From NCBI GenBank assembly GCA_951813565.1, contig OX638351.1, positions 4,832,001 to 4,896,000 of the forward strand: 64,000 nt of DNA. The letters are read 5' to 3'. The DNA comes from an uncultured Poribacteria bacterium (GTDB lineage: Bacteria > Poribacteria > WGA-4E > WGA-3G). The notes beneath the pieces are model-generated. The model was not told the DNA's origin and ran no database searches. It was given only the letters and a program-made list of their open reading frames with translations. How positions within the stretch are numbered: the stretch's first letter is position 1; each line of letters starts with the position of its first letter. The translations under genes and the position numbers were made by a program. Shown here in pieces: positions 31,864-43,143 of the stretch.

Positions 31864-32273
31864 AGATGTTCACCTCACTCCACAAAGACATGCATTCAGG
31901 ATCTTCGGGAGAAAGTTTTTTTATCTCCGCGAATATCCGCTTTATCTCTGTATTTGCAGCACTTACTGCGGCAGTTGCATCATAGTAATTGCTCCATGCG
32001 TTGGAGCGCTCAGTCTCCAGAGTGGCAATTTCTTCTGCTAACTCTATAATAGAATCAAGAATAAAATTGTAAAGTTTCACATTTTCATTATGATCTTCAA
32101 TTGCTTCTACCAAATCGTCATCGAGATCATCAAGCGTTTGCATGCCTGTAAGTATTCACAACCCAACTGATTGGATTTGCGTAAATACAAAAAACAATTA
32201 ATATTGGGGACAACAAGACCATCGCAATAAGGGTAAGAAATGAAAAGTCGCTCCGCTTCGTTTGATATTTCAT
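31718..32273 (-). pseudogene. Probably frameshifted secreted coiled-coil protein
   Basis: RBS plus ATG at 32273 gives a 47 aa signal-peptide ORF ending 32130; coiled-coil frame continues from about 32143. Confidence 0.45.
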
Positions 32274-32295
32274 TGAAGTTCTCCTTTTTCATGTT

Positions 32296-32496
32296 AGGTG
32301 CTAACCTAAAAGTTACACAAAACAGTTGATTTCATGCTACAATTAGGTTAGCGCTGCTATAGCTGGATTATGGCAGTGCAGCGTCGATCGGTGCTCGTAA
32401 CACCATCGGCGCACCTATAAACATTATAGGAGACTACCATTGAACGTAATTATTATACAAAACAAACAAAAAATTGTCAAGAAAAAAGCTAAGTTT
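32296..32496 (-). promoter_or_regulatory. Promoter plus structured 5' leader, copy 1
   Basis: TTGACA-17bp-TATAAT (32480-32452) then a three-way-junction-like fold; 201 bp near-identical to 34907-35107. Confidence 0.75.
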
Positions 32497-32706
32497 GGGT
32501 GTGTAAATATTTGGTTATATAGGTTCAATTTGCAATGATTACGCGGCGTTTCCCACTGTAGGGCGGGGTCCCTGTGCCCCGCCACTGCGCAGGACGTGCC
32601 ATGCAACGGGCAGGCACCAAATCAACGGTATGAATGCCTTATGGCATTCCCCAGAGACCCCCTACAATAAGAGTTGAGAAGATTGTAACCAAAACTTTAC
32701 ACACCC
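32497..32706 (-). mobile_element. GGGTGTGTA-ended MITE carrying a 35 bp micro-element (32618-32652)
   Basis: TIRs gggtgtgtaaa/tttacacaccc; aligns with 30577-30753 except for the insert. Confidence 0.82.
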
Positions 32707-32825
32707 AACCCATAAGTAATTTTACTACAATCAAATTACAAGGTTTATACAAAATTTCATTGCAGAAATTCTCATTGAATGAAGAGAAAACCAAAAACAC
32801 TCTTTTGTGAGATATCAGGTCAGAA

Positions 32826-33599
32826 TTACCGGATATTCTTGATTTGCGCCCATTGCGTTGTTAATTTACCAGCGGGTTCAATTGGGAAAAAAATGGCATC
32901 AATTTCGGCTAATTCATAGTCGCCGCCTACGCCGAAGTGCATACCCCATCCACCACCACGTTCACTGACCTTTATCATGATCAAATTATTTCCTTTTTTT
33001 AGATCAACCTTTAAATGATCTTGGAAGGTGTCTTCTTTGCCGAGACTCCGGTTCTCCGCATGGGTATGAACAACTTCGCCATTAACCCAAACCCTAACTG
33101 AGTCATCACTACTAACACCCATTGCTACGTTTGCTTGCGCTCTTTTCGTTTTGAGGACAATTAGCGCATAAGACGTTATATGATCTAACTCACCAGCCTC
33201 AAAACCTATTTTATTAACGAGAGCATTAATATCTCCGTTATTGGCAAGTGTGCCAGGTGTCCACTCATAATTACCAACTTCGTTGCCTTCTCTTGCACCG
33301 TGTTTGGCGATTTTCTCTTCGGTGACTTTGCCGTTGCTGGCTTCATCAAGTGAATCAACATAGGTAGAATTTGCACCACCTTGTCCACCTACAGTTTTAG
33401 CAATCATCCAGAGATACGTACCAAGAATTTTTTCTTGAGCATCAGCAGTCAGCGTCATCACTGTAAGACTCATCAGAAAAGCCGATCCTATTATACACAT
33501 TTTTCTGAACATTATATATAACCTCCTAAAATCAATACCTTCGCCAATTTTTGGAGTTAATTTGAATGGATAGGTAATGAATTCACCCATAGGTGTCAA
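32826..33599 (-). CDS. Secreted beta-sandwich (galactose-binding-like) protein; real start probably MFRKM
   Basis: Signal peptide ADA-QE, SDDSVRVWVNG, LKKGNN.IMIKV; tail PIEPAGKLTTQWAQIK. Confidence 0.7.
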   Translation of the reverse strand: MTPMGEFITYPFKLTPKIGEGIDFRRLYIMFRKMCIIGSAFLMSLTVMTLTADAQEKILGTYLWMIAKTVGGQGGANSTYVDSLDEASNGKVTEEKIAKHGAREGNEVGNYEWTPGTLANNGDINALVNKIGFEAGELDHITSYALIVLKTKRAQANVAMGVSSDDSVRVWVNGEVVHTHAENRSLGKEDTFQDHLKVDLKKGNNLIMIKVSERGGGWGMHFGVGGDYELAEIDAIFFPIEPAGKLTTQWAQIKNIR

Positions 33600-33714
33600 C
33601 TTATGGATTTATTTCAAGTTTTACGCAATTTAGCAAGCCTAACACCCAACGCAGCTGGACGCAAACATAATCCTTTAGAAATGGTATTTTCTACATTGTG
33701 AACCGTGATTATCT

Positions 33715-34713
33715 TCATTGCTTCATACGTTCAGCTTGTTTCAACCGACCCCAAAGAGTCGTCTGGGTGTCCACAGTCGGAGAAACGGAGAAAAAACTTT
33801 CGGGAACCCAGGCGGGAGAATTATCCCCAGGATGTTGTGTGATTTGCCGTGGCTCGCCCCCCTCGACAGAAACGATAAAAATGTGTTCCCACGCATTCGG
33901 GGTTCCCACAGGATCCACTCCTGCATCATAGGCATCGTAGGCAATCCACTTACCATCAGGGGACCACGCAGGATTGTAGCTCCAAGTCCCAAAAGGCGAG
34001 ATGCGGCGGGCGTTTTGTCCATCTGTATCCATGATGTAGATACCATCACCATCCTCACCATTACCGCTAACACAAGCAATCTGTTTTCCATCAGGCGACC
34101 AAGCAGGAAACCGAGGAAAAGGTACGCCCGGGTTTTTTATCTCTCTGAGATTTTTTCCATCTGCGTCCATCACATAGAGACGACCGATAGAATGGAAAGC
34201 AATTGATTGCCCATCTGGAGACCAAGTTATCTCATAGGTAAAATGTCCTTGGTTAGTAAGCCTCTGTAGATTCTCGCCGTTGATATCAATTTTGTAGATA
34301 TCATATAGCAAGTTTAGCACGTTTATCGGGGATACAAAAGCTATCCAATTTCCATCAGGTGACCAGGCAGGAGAAGAAGGTGACCAGAAAGGATCAAAAT
34401 CGTCCTCCGGATGGTTTATCAACCGACGCACCTCAGCTTCATTGAATGTCTTAATATAGATTTCGAAATTTCCATCACGGTTCGACGCAAAAGCAAAAGA
34501 ACGCCCATCTGGTGCCCACGTTGCGCAACAGTCCTCTGCGGGATGGTTTGTTAGGTTGCGTAGATTCTTGCCGTTTGTATCAATGATGTAGATGTCAGTT
34601 TGCCCTGTCCGGTTAGAATTGAAAGAAATATACGGAGCTCCCCAAGCGTTTACGGCAAGCAGAAAACAACTGAACAGGAATGTCATTCCAAACAACATAT
34701 ATGTGCGTTTCAT
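33715..34713 (-). CDS. Secreted TolB-like PD40/WD40 beta-propeller protein
   Basis: Multiple PAWSPDG repeats; tail SVSPTVDTQTTLWGRLK. Confidence 0.88.
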   Translation of the reverse strand: MKRTYMLFGMTFLFSCFLLAVNAWGAPYISFNSNRTGQTDIYIIDTNGKNLRNLTNHPAEDCCATWAPDGRSFAFASNRDGNFEIYIKTFNEAEVRRLINHPEDDFDPFWSPSSPAWSPDGNWIAFVSPINVLNLLYDIYKIDINGENLQRLTNQGHFTYEITWSPDGQSIAFHSIGRLYVMDADGKNLREIKNPGVPFPRFPAWSPDGKQIACVSGNGEDGDGIYIMDTDGQNARRISPFGTWSYNPAWSPDGKWIAYDAYDAGVDPVGTPNAWEHIFIVSVEGGEPRQITQHPGDNSPAWVPESFFSVSPTVDTQTTLWGRLKQAERMKQ

Positions 34714-34906
34714 TTTTTATCTCCTGGATAATCACTATCAAGAATAGCGAGTTGTTAATAGTTTGACGTGCGAATTAAACACAATACAGCAGTTATTACA
34801 AATTTCGGAGGACGGAGGCAAATTTAAAGACTGTCAGTTGCCAATGATATGTAACTTCTAAAATTATTTATCAAACTCACCTTCATCTTTAGGTTTCTCC
34901 TTATGA

Positions 34907-35107
34907 AGGTGCTAACCTAAAAGTTACACAAAACAGGTGGTTTCATGCTACAATTAGGTTAGCGCTGCTATAGCTGGATTATGGCAGTGCAGCGTCGATT
35001 GGTGTTTACGCCACCATCGGCGCACCTATAAACATTATAGGAGACTACCATTGAACGTAATTATTATACAAAACAAACAAAAAATTCTCAATAAAAAAGC
35101 TAAGTTT
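34907..35107 (-). promoter_or_regulatory. Promoter plus structured 5' leader, copy 2
   Basis: TTGAGA-17bp-TATAAT and the same stems as copy 1; followed by RBS AAGGAG and ATG at 34886. Confidence 0.72.
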
Positions 35108-35350
35108 TTCTAATAAAAATTAATAATTTCTCATTAACGTTAATTTTTCTTAAAGAACCCTCTTTCCTCCCTTATCAGGGAGGATTTTTTGTAAATCTAT
35201 TTGGCATCTATGGATAAAACACAAGCGAAATCCAACAACCGAGGACGAAAACTTTACACACCTATTGTCGGATTTGAGGTTGTTTTTTTCCACAGCGGGT
35301 GCTATAATAGTGTAAATATGGAATTTGCCAAGTATTTTAAGGAGACCTAA

Positions 35351-36496
35351 ATGAAAGATTTTGCGTTTACAGGGGGCAGACCCGACCCTTATACGTTTCC
35401 GACTGAGGCGTTGATTGAGGCAAGCGCAAAAGCGCTCCGTAAATTGGGAGGGCAACTGGTCAATTATCCCGGTGAATCTGGTTACCGTGGGTTGCGCGAA
35501 CTTGCGTCAATGCGCTTTGAACGGCGAGAAGGTGTCCCACTTCCAGTAGATAACACCTCAATTACCTCAGGGTCGATGCAGGCACTTGAATTAGTCTTAG
35601 GAACATTTATTAAACCAGGCGATACGGTATTGACAGAAGAATTTACCTATAGCGGCACACTCGGTATTATGCGACACCTCAAAGCGAATATTATCGGAAT
35701 ACCGATGGATTATGTAGATGGCATGGAGATGGATGCGTTGGAGGATAAGTTGAAGGCGCTTAAACGCCAAAATGTCACACCTTCTCTCATCTATACGACT
35801 TCCAATCATCAAAACCCAACAGGTGCGATTCTGTCGCTGGAAAGGCGGCACCGCATGTTGGAACTTGCAGAAGAATACGACACGCTTATTGTAGAAGATG
35901 ATTGCTACGGTGATATTGATTTTGTGCCGAACCCAACACCCGCATCACTGTTCAAGTTGGATGCATCAAACAGAGTTATCTTCATCGCTACATTCTCAAA
36001 AATTCTGGGTGCGGGGGTGAGACAAGGTTACTTCGTAGCCAAACAACCTTATTACGGGATGATTCACCGCAATCGCTGGGACGGTGGCACGAGTGCGCTT
36101 GCAAGTGCTATTGTGGCAGAATTTTTCATGGAGCATCTTGAGGCACACCTTGAAACGACAAATGCTGCTGTCGGTGCTAAATGTCAAGCCGTAATAGATA
36201 CACTTGAAGCAAACGTCAGTGATCTCTGTACGTGGACAAAACCGCGTGGTGGACTTTTCCTCTGGATAGATCTACCAGAATCGACTGATATGAATAAGCT
36301 AAGTGAGTTGGCATCGGCAAAAGGTGTAGGTTATAGCAACGGCAGTGCGTTCCACTATGCAGGCGATCCGGTAAAGGCAATTCGGTTAGCGTATGCGTAT
36401 TGTCATGTTGATGACGTTCCAGAAGGAATTACCTATCTGGCAGAAGCGATCCGAAACGCGCAAGTAGCGGCTGTTGATGTCGCTGCAGCAGATTAA
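35351..36496 (+). CDS. PLP-dependent aminotransferase class I/II (LysN/MocR-like)
   Basis: QNPTG, EDDCY, TFSKIL..G.R, P.GGLFLW. Confidence 0.9.
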   Translation: MKDFAFTGGRPDPYTFPTEALIEASAKALRKLGGQLVNYPGESGYRGLRELASMRFERREGVPLPVDNTSITSGSMQALELVLGTFIKPGDTVLTEEFTYSGTLGIMRHLKANIIGIPMDYVDGMEMDALEDKLKALKRQNVTPSLIYTTSNHQNPTGAILSLERRHRMLELAEEYDTLIVEDDCYGDIDFVPNPTPASLFKLDASNRVIFIATFSKILGAGVRQGYFVAKQPYYGMIHRNRWDGGTSALASAIVAEFFMEHLEAHLETTNAAVGAKCQAVIDTLEANVSDLCTWTKPRGGLFLWIDLPESTDMNKLSELASAKGVGYSNGSAFHYAGDPVKAIRLAYAYCHVDDVPEGITYLAEAIRNAQVAAVDVAAAD

Positions 36497-36569
36497 CAAA
36501 GTGCTTGTGCAACCATAACCTATTAGCAGTGTAATACTTTAGTGTAAAGATAACGCTGCGGAGGAAGTT

Positions 36570-37940
36570 TTGCGTAATATCATCCTTTTCTCATTAGATA
36601 CGCTCCGGGCGTCGAGTATGAGTTGTTATGGACATAAACACCTGACAACACCACATCTTGACGCGCTGGTAGCAGATTCTACCCTTTTTGAAAGCTGTAT
36701 TAGTCCGCATATCCCAACACATCCAGCACATACGACAATGTTTACAGGAAAAGATGTATTAACGCACCAAATTATAACGCAAGGTGGACGTTTAAACCTT
36801 TCTGAAAATATCAAGACTCTCCCAGAATTGCTCAACGAAGCGGATTACTTTACTGTAGCTGCAGACAATTTGGGGCGCTGGTTTCAACGCGGTTATCCGG
36901 AGAACCAGTATCGCGGTTATCAATGGGAAACGCGCTACCGAAATGCTCGGAAAGCTGAAGCAGTAAATCAAACAGCGATAGAACTGTTAGAACTTGCACA
37001 ATCGCAGGATAAACCGTGGTTTGCGTTTCTCCACTATTGGGATCCGCATACACCTTACCTGCCGCCGCTCCCATTTGAACGGATGTTTTATAGCGGTGAC
37101 GAATGCGATCCGAACAATCGGAGTATGGATGCCGTTTATGCCTGTGAACCGTTTACAGATTATTTCCGACAGTGGATGTGCAAACCCGACCCAGATGATC
37201 CTGACAACCTCGCTAAAAAACGTCTCTGGACAGACCGTAGGTATGTGAACTCACAATATGATGCTTCAATTGCTTATATGGATGCATCTTTGGCGCAGCT
37301 TTTTCAGTATCTACAGGATTGCGGACTGATGGAAGAAACGCTTTTGGTAATTACGGCTGACCACGGTGAGGAACTTGATGAACACCAACTCTGGTATGAT
37401 CACCACGGATTGTATCAGACAAATTGCCACATTCCGTTGATACTCCACTGTCCCGCGGTTATTCCGAAAGGGCAGCAGCTTGATGGGTTGGTGTCGCTGA
37501 AGGATATTGCGCCAACTGTTTTAGATTATGCTGGACAAAGCACTTTAGGGGAACGCGAAAAGATGAAAGGCACAAGCCTTCGTAATTTGATCGAAAATGG
37601 CGCAGATGACGGTTCATGCGATGCGATCTACCTGACAGAATGCGGATGGATGAAAAAGCGTGGATGGCAAACACGTAAATGGAAACTGATTGTGGAAACC
37701 GGCGGCACGCCTGCTGTTTATAATACGCCCGATATTGAACTCTACGATCTTGAGGAAGACCCTGATGAAATATACAATTTGGCAGAAGAAGCAGATGATA
37801 TTGTGGCAAAATTAAGAAACGATATGGATGCGTTTCTAAAACGCCGATTGACTGAGACAGGGCTACCGGACCCAACAGTTGAACAGGAAATTACAATGCG
37901 GCGTATCGGAGATAAAACCAAAGCGGTGCCGTTGCCTTAG
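36570..37940 (+). CDS. Sulfatase-like alkaline phosphatase superfamily hydrolase
   Basis: NII...DTLR, PTHPAH..MFTG, DPHTPY, ADHGE, ELYDL..DPDE. Confidence 0.85.
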   Translation: MRNIILFSLDTLRASSMSCYGHKHLTTPHLDALVADSTLFESCISPHIPTHPAHTTMFTGKDVLTHQIITQGGRLNLSENIKTLPELLNEADYFTVAADNLGRWFQRGYPENQYRGYQWETRYRNARKAEAVNQTAIELLELAQSQDKPWFAFLHYWDPHTPYLPPLPFERMFYSGDECDPNNRSMDAVYACEPFTDYFRQWMCKPDPDDPDNLAKKRLWTDRRYVNSQYDASIAYMDASLAQLFQYLQDCGLMEETLLVITADHGEELDEHQLWYDHHGLYQTNCHIPLILHCPAVIPKGQQLDGLVSLKDIAPTVLDYAGQSTLGEREKMKGTSLRNLIENGADDGSCDAIYLTECGWMKKRGWQTRKWKLIVETGGTPAVYNTPDIELYDLEEDPDEIYNLAEEADDIVAKLRNDMDAFLKRRLTETGLPDPTVEQEITMRRIGDKTKAVPLP

Positions 37941-37977
37941 TAGGCTTAGGAATTTGAATGGAGAGATGAGGCTGGTT

Positions 37978-38080
37978 TATAGTGAATTATAAAATTAAAT
38001 TGACACTCTCTTCTCTCGGTAGGCGAAGTTTCCTAACCTCGCCTACGTAGAGTGTTCAAGTAATTCTAAAATCTACTATA
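37978..38080. mobile_element. TATAGT...ACTATA-ended MITE (other copies 39303-39754, 59529-59662, 61818-62020)
   Basis: Shared imperfect terminal IRs such as tatagtgaattataaaatta / taattctaaaatctactata around REP cargo. Confidence 0.65.
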
Positions 38081-38109
38081 CAAACACTTGTGACATCGTA
38101 ATCTGTTGA

Positions 38110-39297
38110 ATGCAGTCGAATCGTCTCCAAAAATTCTTTGATAGATATGTCGGCATCCCAATCGGCATAATGTTTTACCTGATTAGCACCATTAGAACTT
38201 TTCTGATTAGGAAAGTTGAGTTGCGAAACCGAGGATCAGAATCTCGGAACGAAATTGACTCCTTTATAGACTATCCGAAAAAGATTCTGTTTATCCAACT
38301 TTCCGCTTTGGGTGACACGATCTTGGCTATTCCTACCATCCGTGCCTTACGTAGAAGTTTTCCGCAGGCAGAACTCTCGTTCTTAGCTTCACCGACGAAT
38401 CTCTCATATTTAGAAAGGTGTCCTTACATTGACAAGCGGATCCTGTTCCGTTATCCCCTCTACCAGTTAATTCGGATGCTTCGTCAGGAGCATTTTGATT
38501 GGGTGATTGATCTGGAGCATTGGTCACGGTTTAGTGTGCTACTGGCCTATGCGACAGGTGCGCCTCGCCTCATCGGATTCAGTGCCGAGCATCAATATCG
38601 TCACTATCTGTTCACTGACATTGTTCCACATATTCCAAGAAAACACGAAGTACTTAATTTTTTGAGTATTGCGCATGAATTAGGCTGCAGTACCGAAAAT
38701 ATGGAACTCGCTGTTTGGGCTGGCGAAACGGAACGCGAATGGTGCCAAAATTTGCTTGCACAGGAACAGGTGAATATATCTGAGCCACTGGTTGTGCTGC
38801 ATCCGGAGGCGGGTCGACGTGGTGAACCGCGTAGGCGGTGGCAACAAGAGCGGTACGTAATGCTGGCTGATGCGCTGTCATCTCGCTATAACGCACGAAT
38901 TTTCTTGACGGGAGCACCGGATGAGGTAGAGGTTTCGGAGTGGATAGCAGAACGAACCGCGTGTGAAACGGTATGCCTTGCTGGGCGAACACAGATAAAT
39001 CAACTTGCAGCGTTGTTTACGCAGGCAGATTTGGTTATTAGTGGGAATTGTGGGCCGATGCATCTCGCTGCTGCGTCAGGAACACCAATTATCGCGCTTC
39101 ACGGACCAACCAATTCAGCACAGTGGGGACCTTGGGGCGATAAGTCTACTTGTATTGAGGCAACTGTACCGTGTAGTCCGTGCCTTAATTTGGGATTTGA
39201 ATATGCGTGTCAGGCGTTGCCTGATGGGACGTCGCCTTGTATGCACACAATTGAAGTGTCGGAGGTGTTGCAAGCATGTGAGGCGTACTTGGGATAG
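38110..39297 (+). CDS. Glycosyltransferase family 9 (LPS heptosyltransferase-like)
   Basis: SALGD..L..P, RRW..E, N.GPMHLAAA.GTP.IAL.GPT...WGP. Confidence 0.9.
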   Translation: MQSNRLQKFFDRYVGIPIGIMFYLISTIRTFLIRKVELRNRGSESRNEIDSFIDYPKKILFIQLSALGDTILAIPTIRALRRSFPQAELSFLASPTNLSYLERCPYIDKRILFRYPLYQLIRMLRQEHFDWVIDLEHWSRFSVLLAYATGAPRLIGFSAEHQYRHYLFTDIVPHIPRKHEVLNFLSIAHELGCSTENMELAVWAGETEREWCQNLLAQEQVNISEPLVVLHPEAGRRGEPRRRWQQERYVMLADALSSRYNARIFLTGAPDEVEVSEWIAERTACETVCLAGRTQINQLAALFTQADLVISGNCGPMHLAAASGTPIIALHGPTNSAQWGPWGDKSTCIEATVPCSPCLNLGFEYACQALPDGTSPCMHTIEVSEVLQACEAYLG

Positions 39298-39753
39298 GTG
39301 TCATAGTAAAATCTAAAATTACTTGGACAGTTCTTTATAGGTTTGAAGCGTTTAATGTGAATGCCAAAAGGCATTCGGACCGTTGATTTGGCGCATTCAC
39401 CAAGCGCAATTCATTGCGCCTTTTACATCGACTGATAGGCGCGCTTTCATGAAGATTAATTTTTTAATTTGGTCCTTTTGATCTTTTTTCTGTCTGAATC
39501 GCGGAAAACGCGGAAAACACAGAAAATGCTATTGTGTTTCCATATTTACCTTCACAAATAAACAGGTTGGATTATCAAAACATTCTTCTTTCCGCGTTCT
39601 CCGCGTCTTCCGTGATTCAGACAACCAGATAATGAACCTCACACAAGAAAACATAAAACAAGATGTCGATGGTTAGGAAATTACCGATTTATTTTCTTAA
39701 ACTTCATCTAAGCGCGCTGATTGAATCGCATCATTAATTATAAAATCTACTAT

Positions 39754-39787
39754 AAAAAAACGGGCGGACTGAACATCCACCCGTTTT
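39754..39787 (-). terminator. Intrinsic terminator of groESL
   Basis: aaaacgggtgga-tgttcag-tccgcccgttttttt on the minus strand. Confidence 0.75.
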
Positions 39788-39861
39788 CTAAAAATAGATT
39801 TTTCTCATAAACCCTACCCACAGGTTGAACCTGCATACTATTTATGAGATAATCTATTGGA

Positions 39862-41499
<1,638 letters not shown>

Positions 41500-41507
41500 T
41501 TACTTAT

Positions 41508-41798
41508 TTAGTTAACCTTGGCTAAGATATCATCTTCGCGCAAGATGAGAAATTCAACATTATCGTAGGTTACTTCTGTGCCGCCATATTTTGCGAACAG
41601 GACTTTATCGCCGACTTCAACATCAACAGCCTGCCGTTCGCCGTTATCAAGCATACGGCCTTTGCCGACCGCGACAACTTCGCCTTCTTGAGGCTTTTCT
41701 TTGGCGGTGTCTGGGATGATAATCCCGCCACTGGTTTTCTGTTCATCCTCTTCGGAACGTTTGACGAGGATTCGATCGCCAAGGGGTACAAGTGCCAT
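41508..41798 (-). CDS. groES: Co-chaperonin GroES
   Basis: [27 protein letters not shown]. Confidence 0.98.
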   Translation of the reverse strand: MALVPLGDRILVKRSEEDEQKTSGGIIIPDTAKEKPQEGEVVAVGKGRMLDNGERQAVDVEVGDKVLFAKYGGTEVTYDNVEFLILREDDILAKVN

Positions 41799-41892
41799 AT
41801 CTACATTTCCCTCCTAATAGGTTATTAACGTATTACGGGTTTGTTTAAATTTGATTGTAAACCCAAACTATAATCGTATACGCTTTAAGATA

Positions 41893-41910
41893 TAGCAAGA
41901 TATGTGCCAA
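41893..41910 (-). promoter_or_regulatory. Putative sigma54 -24/-12 promoter of groESL
   Basis: TTGGCAC-ATATC-TTGCTA on the minus strand matches TGGCAC-N5-TTGC. Confidence 0.6.
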
Positions 41911-42069
41911 TTCTCTAAATGTAGATGTACTCACATTTGGCGGGCTTTTCCGATATTTCAGGTTATGTAAAATCGTGACAATTTGTCCATCTTTCCTGCG
42001 TCTGTGAGAAAAGTGTGCCATTTTGACATAGCTGTCTTTACGCGGATTGTTATGATATTCAACGGTATG

Positions 42070-43059
42070 TCAACCTTGTGTGCTGCATTGAATAACCTGT
42101 CCATTACGGGCGGATTGGTATGCTGCAGATAGGATAACGTTTGCTCTTAAGCCGTCGTTGCCGCTGGCAAGTGGCGCGATACTTGTTGCTACACATTCAG
42201 CAAAATGCTCAAATTGGTGTTGGTAAAGGTCCTCATATTCGGATGTGATGACCTGCTTTTCGCCATTAAAATATGTATGGATTTTCCACCCGTCATCGTT
42301 TATAACAGACACTGTGCCTTCTGTGCCATAGAGTTCAAGGACAATATCACACTGTGCAACAGAAAAACTGAGATCAGTAAATCCTTGTGCACCATTCTGA
42401 AATCGCATCAGGATACCACCAGTTTCTTCTACTTGATAGTTGTGGATTGTGCTGTCGCAAAATGCGGTTACCTCCGTGACTTCGCCGATAAGATAACGTA
42501 GCAGGTCAACACTGTGTGGTCCTAAGTCCATCAGACATCCGCCTCCACCTTTGTCAGGTTGTGCGCGCCATTCGTCCACTGTTAATAGATATTTTTTTAG
42601 GAACGGCATCCTACCGTGTACTATCTGTCCCAGACGATTTTCGTCTACCCATGCTTTAATCTGTTGAAAGCAGGAATGGAATCGGAAGAGGAAGCAGACC
42701 TGTAGATGAACGTTGTTTGCGTTGCATGCGTCAATCATCTGTTTGCATTCCTGTGGCGTGAGTGCCATCGGTTTGTCGCAGAGGACATGTAGTCCACGTT
42801 CTGCGGAGGCGATCACCTGTTCACAGTGCAGATTGACAGGTGTTGAAACGTAGATAGCATCCAGTTCCGAATCGGCAAGTAGATTGTCAATGCTGCTGTA
42901 TGATGTTGTGACATTATGTTCTGCTGCGAGTTGTTTGGCGCGTGCTGCGTCTCTTGAGAAGAGCGCATGGAGTTCTGCACCTGTTGCTTTTTGGATAGCG
43001 GGCATTGCTCGGCGTTGTGCTACGCTTCCTGCACCGAGTACGCCCCATTTTAATGTCAT
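42070..43059 (-). CDS. Gfo/Idh/MocA family oxidoreductase
   Basis: GVLGAG, HVLCDKPMA, GGG.LMDLGPH. Confidence 0.92.
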   Translation of the reverse strand: MTLKWGVLGAGSVAQRRAMPAIQKATGAELHALFSRDAARAKQLAAEHNVTTSYSSIDNLLADSELDAIYVSTPVNLHCEQVIASAERGLHVLCDKPMALTPQECKQMIDACNANNVHLQVCFLFRFHSCFQQIKAWVDENRLGQIVHGRMPFLKKYLLTVDEWRAQPDKGGGGCLMDLGPHSVDLLRYLIGEVTEVTAFCDSTIHNYQVEETGGILMRFQNGAQGFTDLSFSVAQCDIVLELYGTEGTVSVINDDGWKIHTYFNGEKQVITSEYEDLYQHQFEHFAECVATSIAPLASGNDGLRANVILSAAYQSARNGQVIQCSTQG

Positions 43060-43143
43060 TTATATTACTCCGTTGTTGGTTATCGGGCTTACAAAGCCTT
43101 TTATAAGAAATCGGGGTTACAAAGCCATCCTACAAGAGGAACA

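Noticed and set aside
32296..32445. Purine or c-di-GMP riboswitch, or hammerhead identity for the duplicated leader
   Set aside because: Core motifs (GUUUCUAC, GCAAA/GYAAA pattern, CUGAUGA) are absent
41799..42069. CIRCE element before groES
   Set aside because: No TTAGCACTC-N9-GAGTGCTAA match
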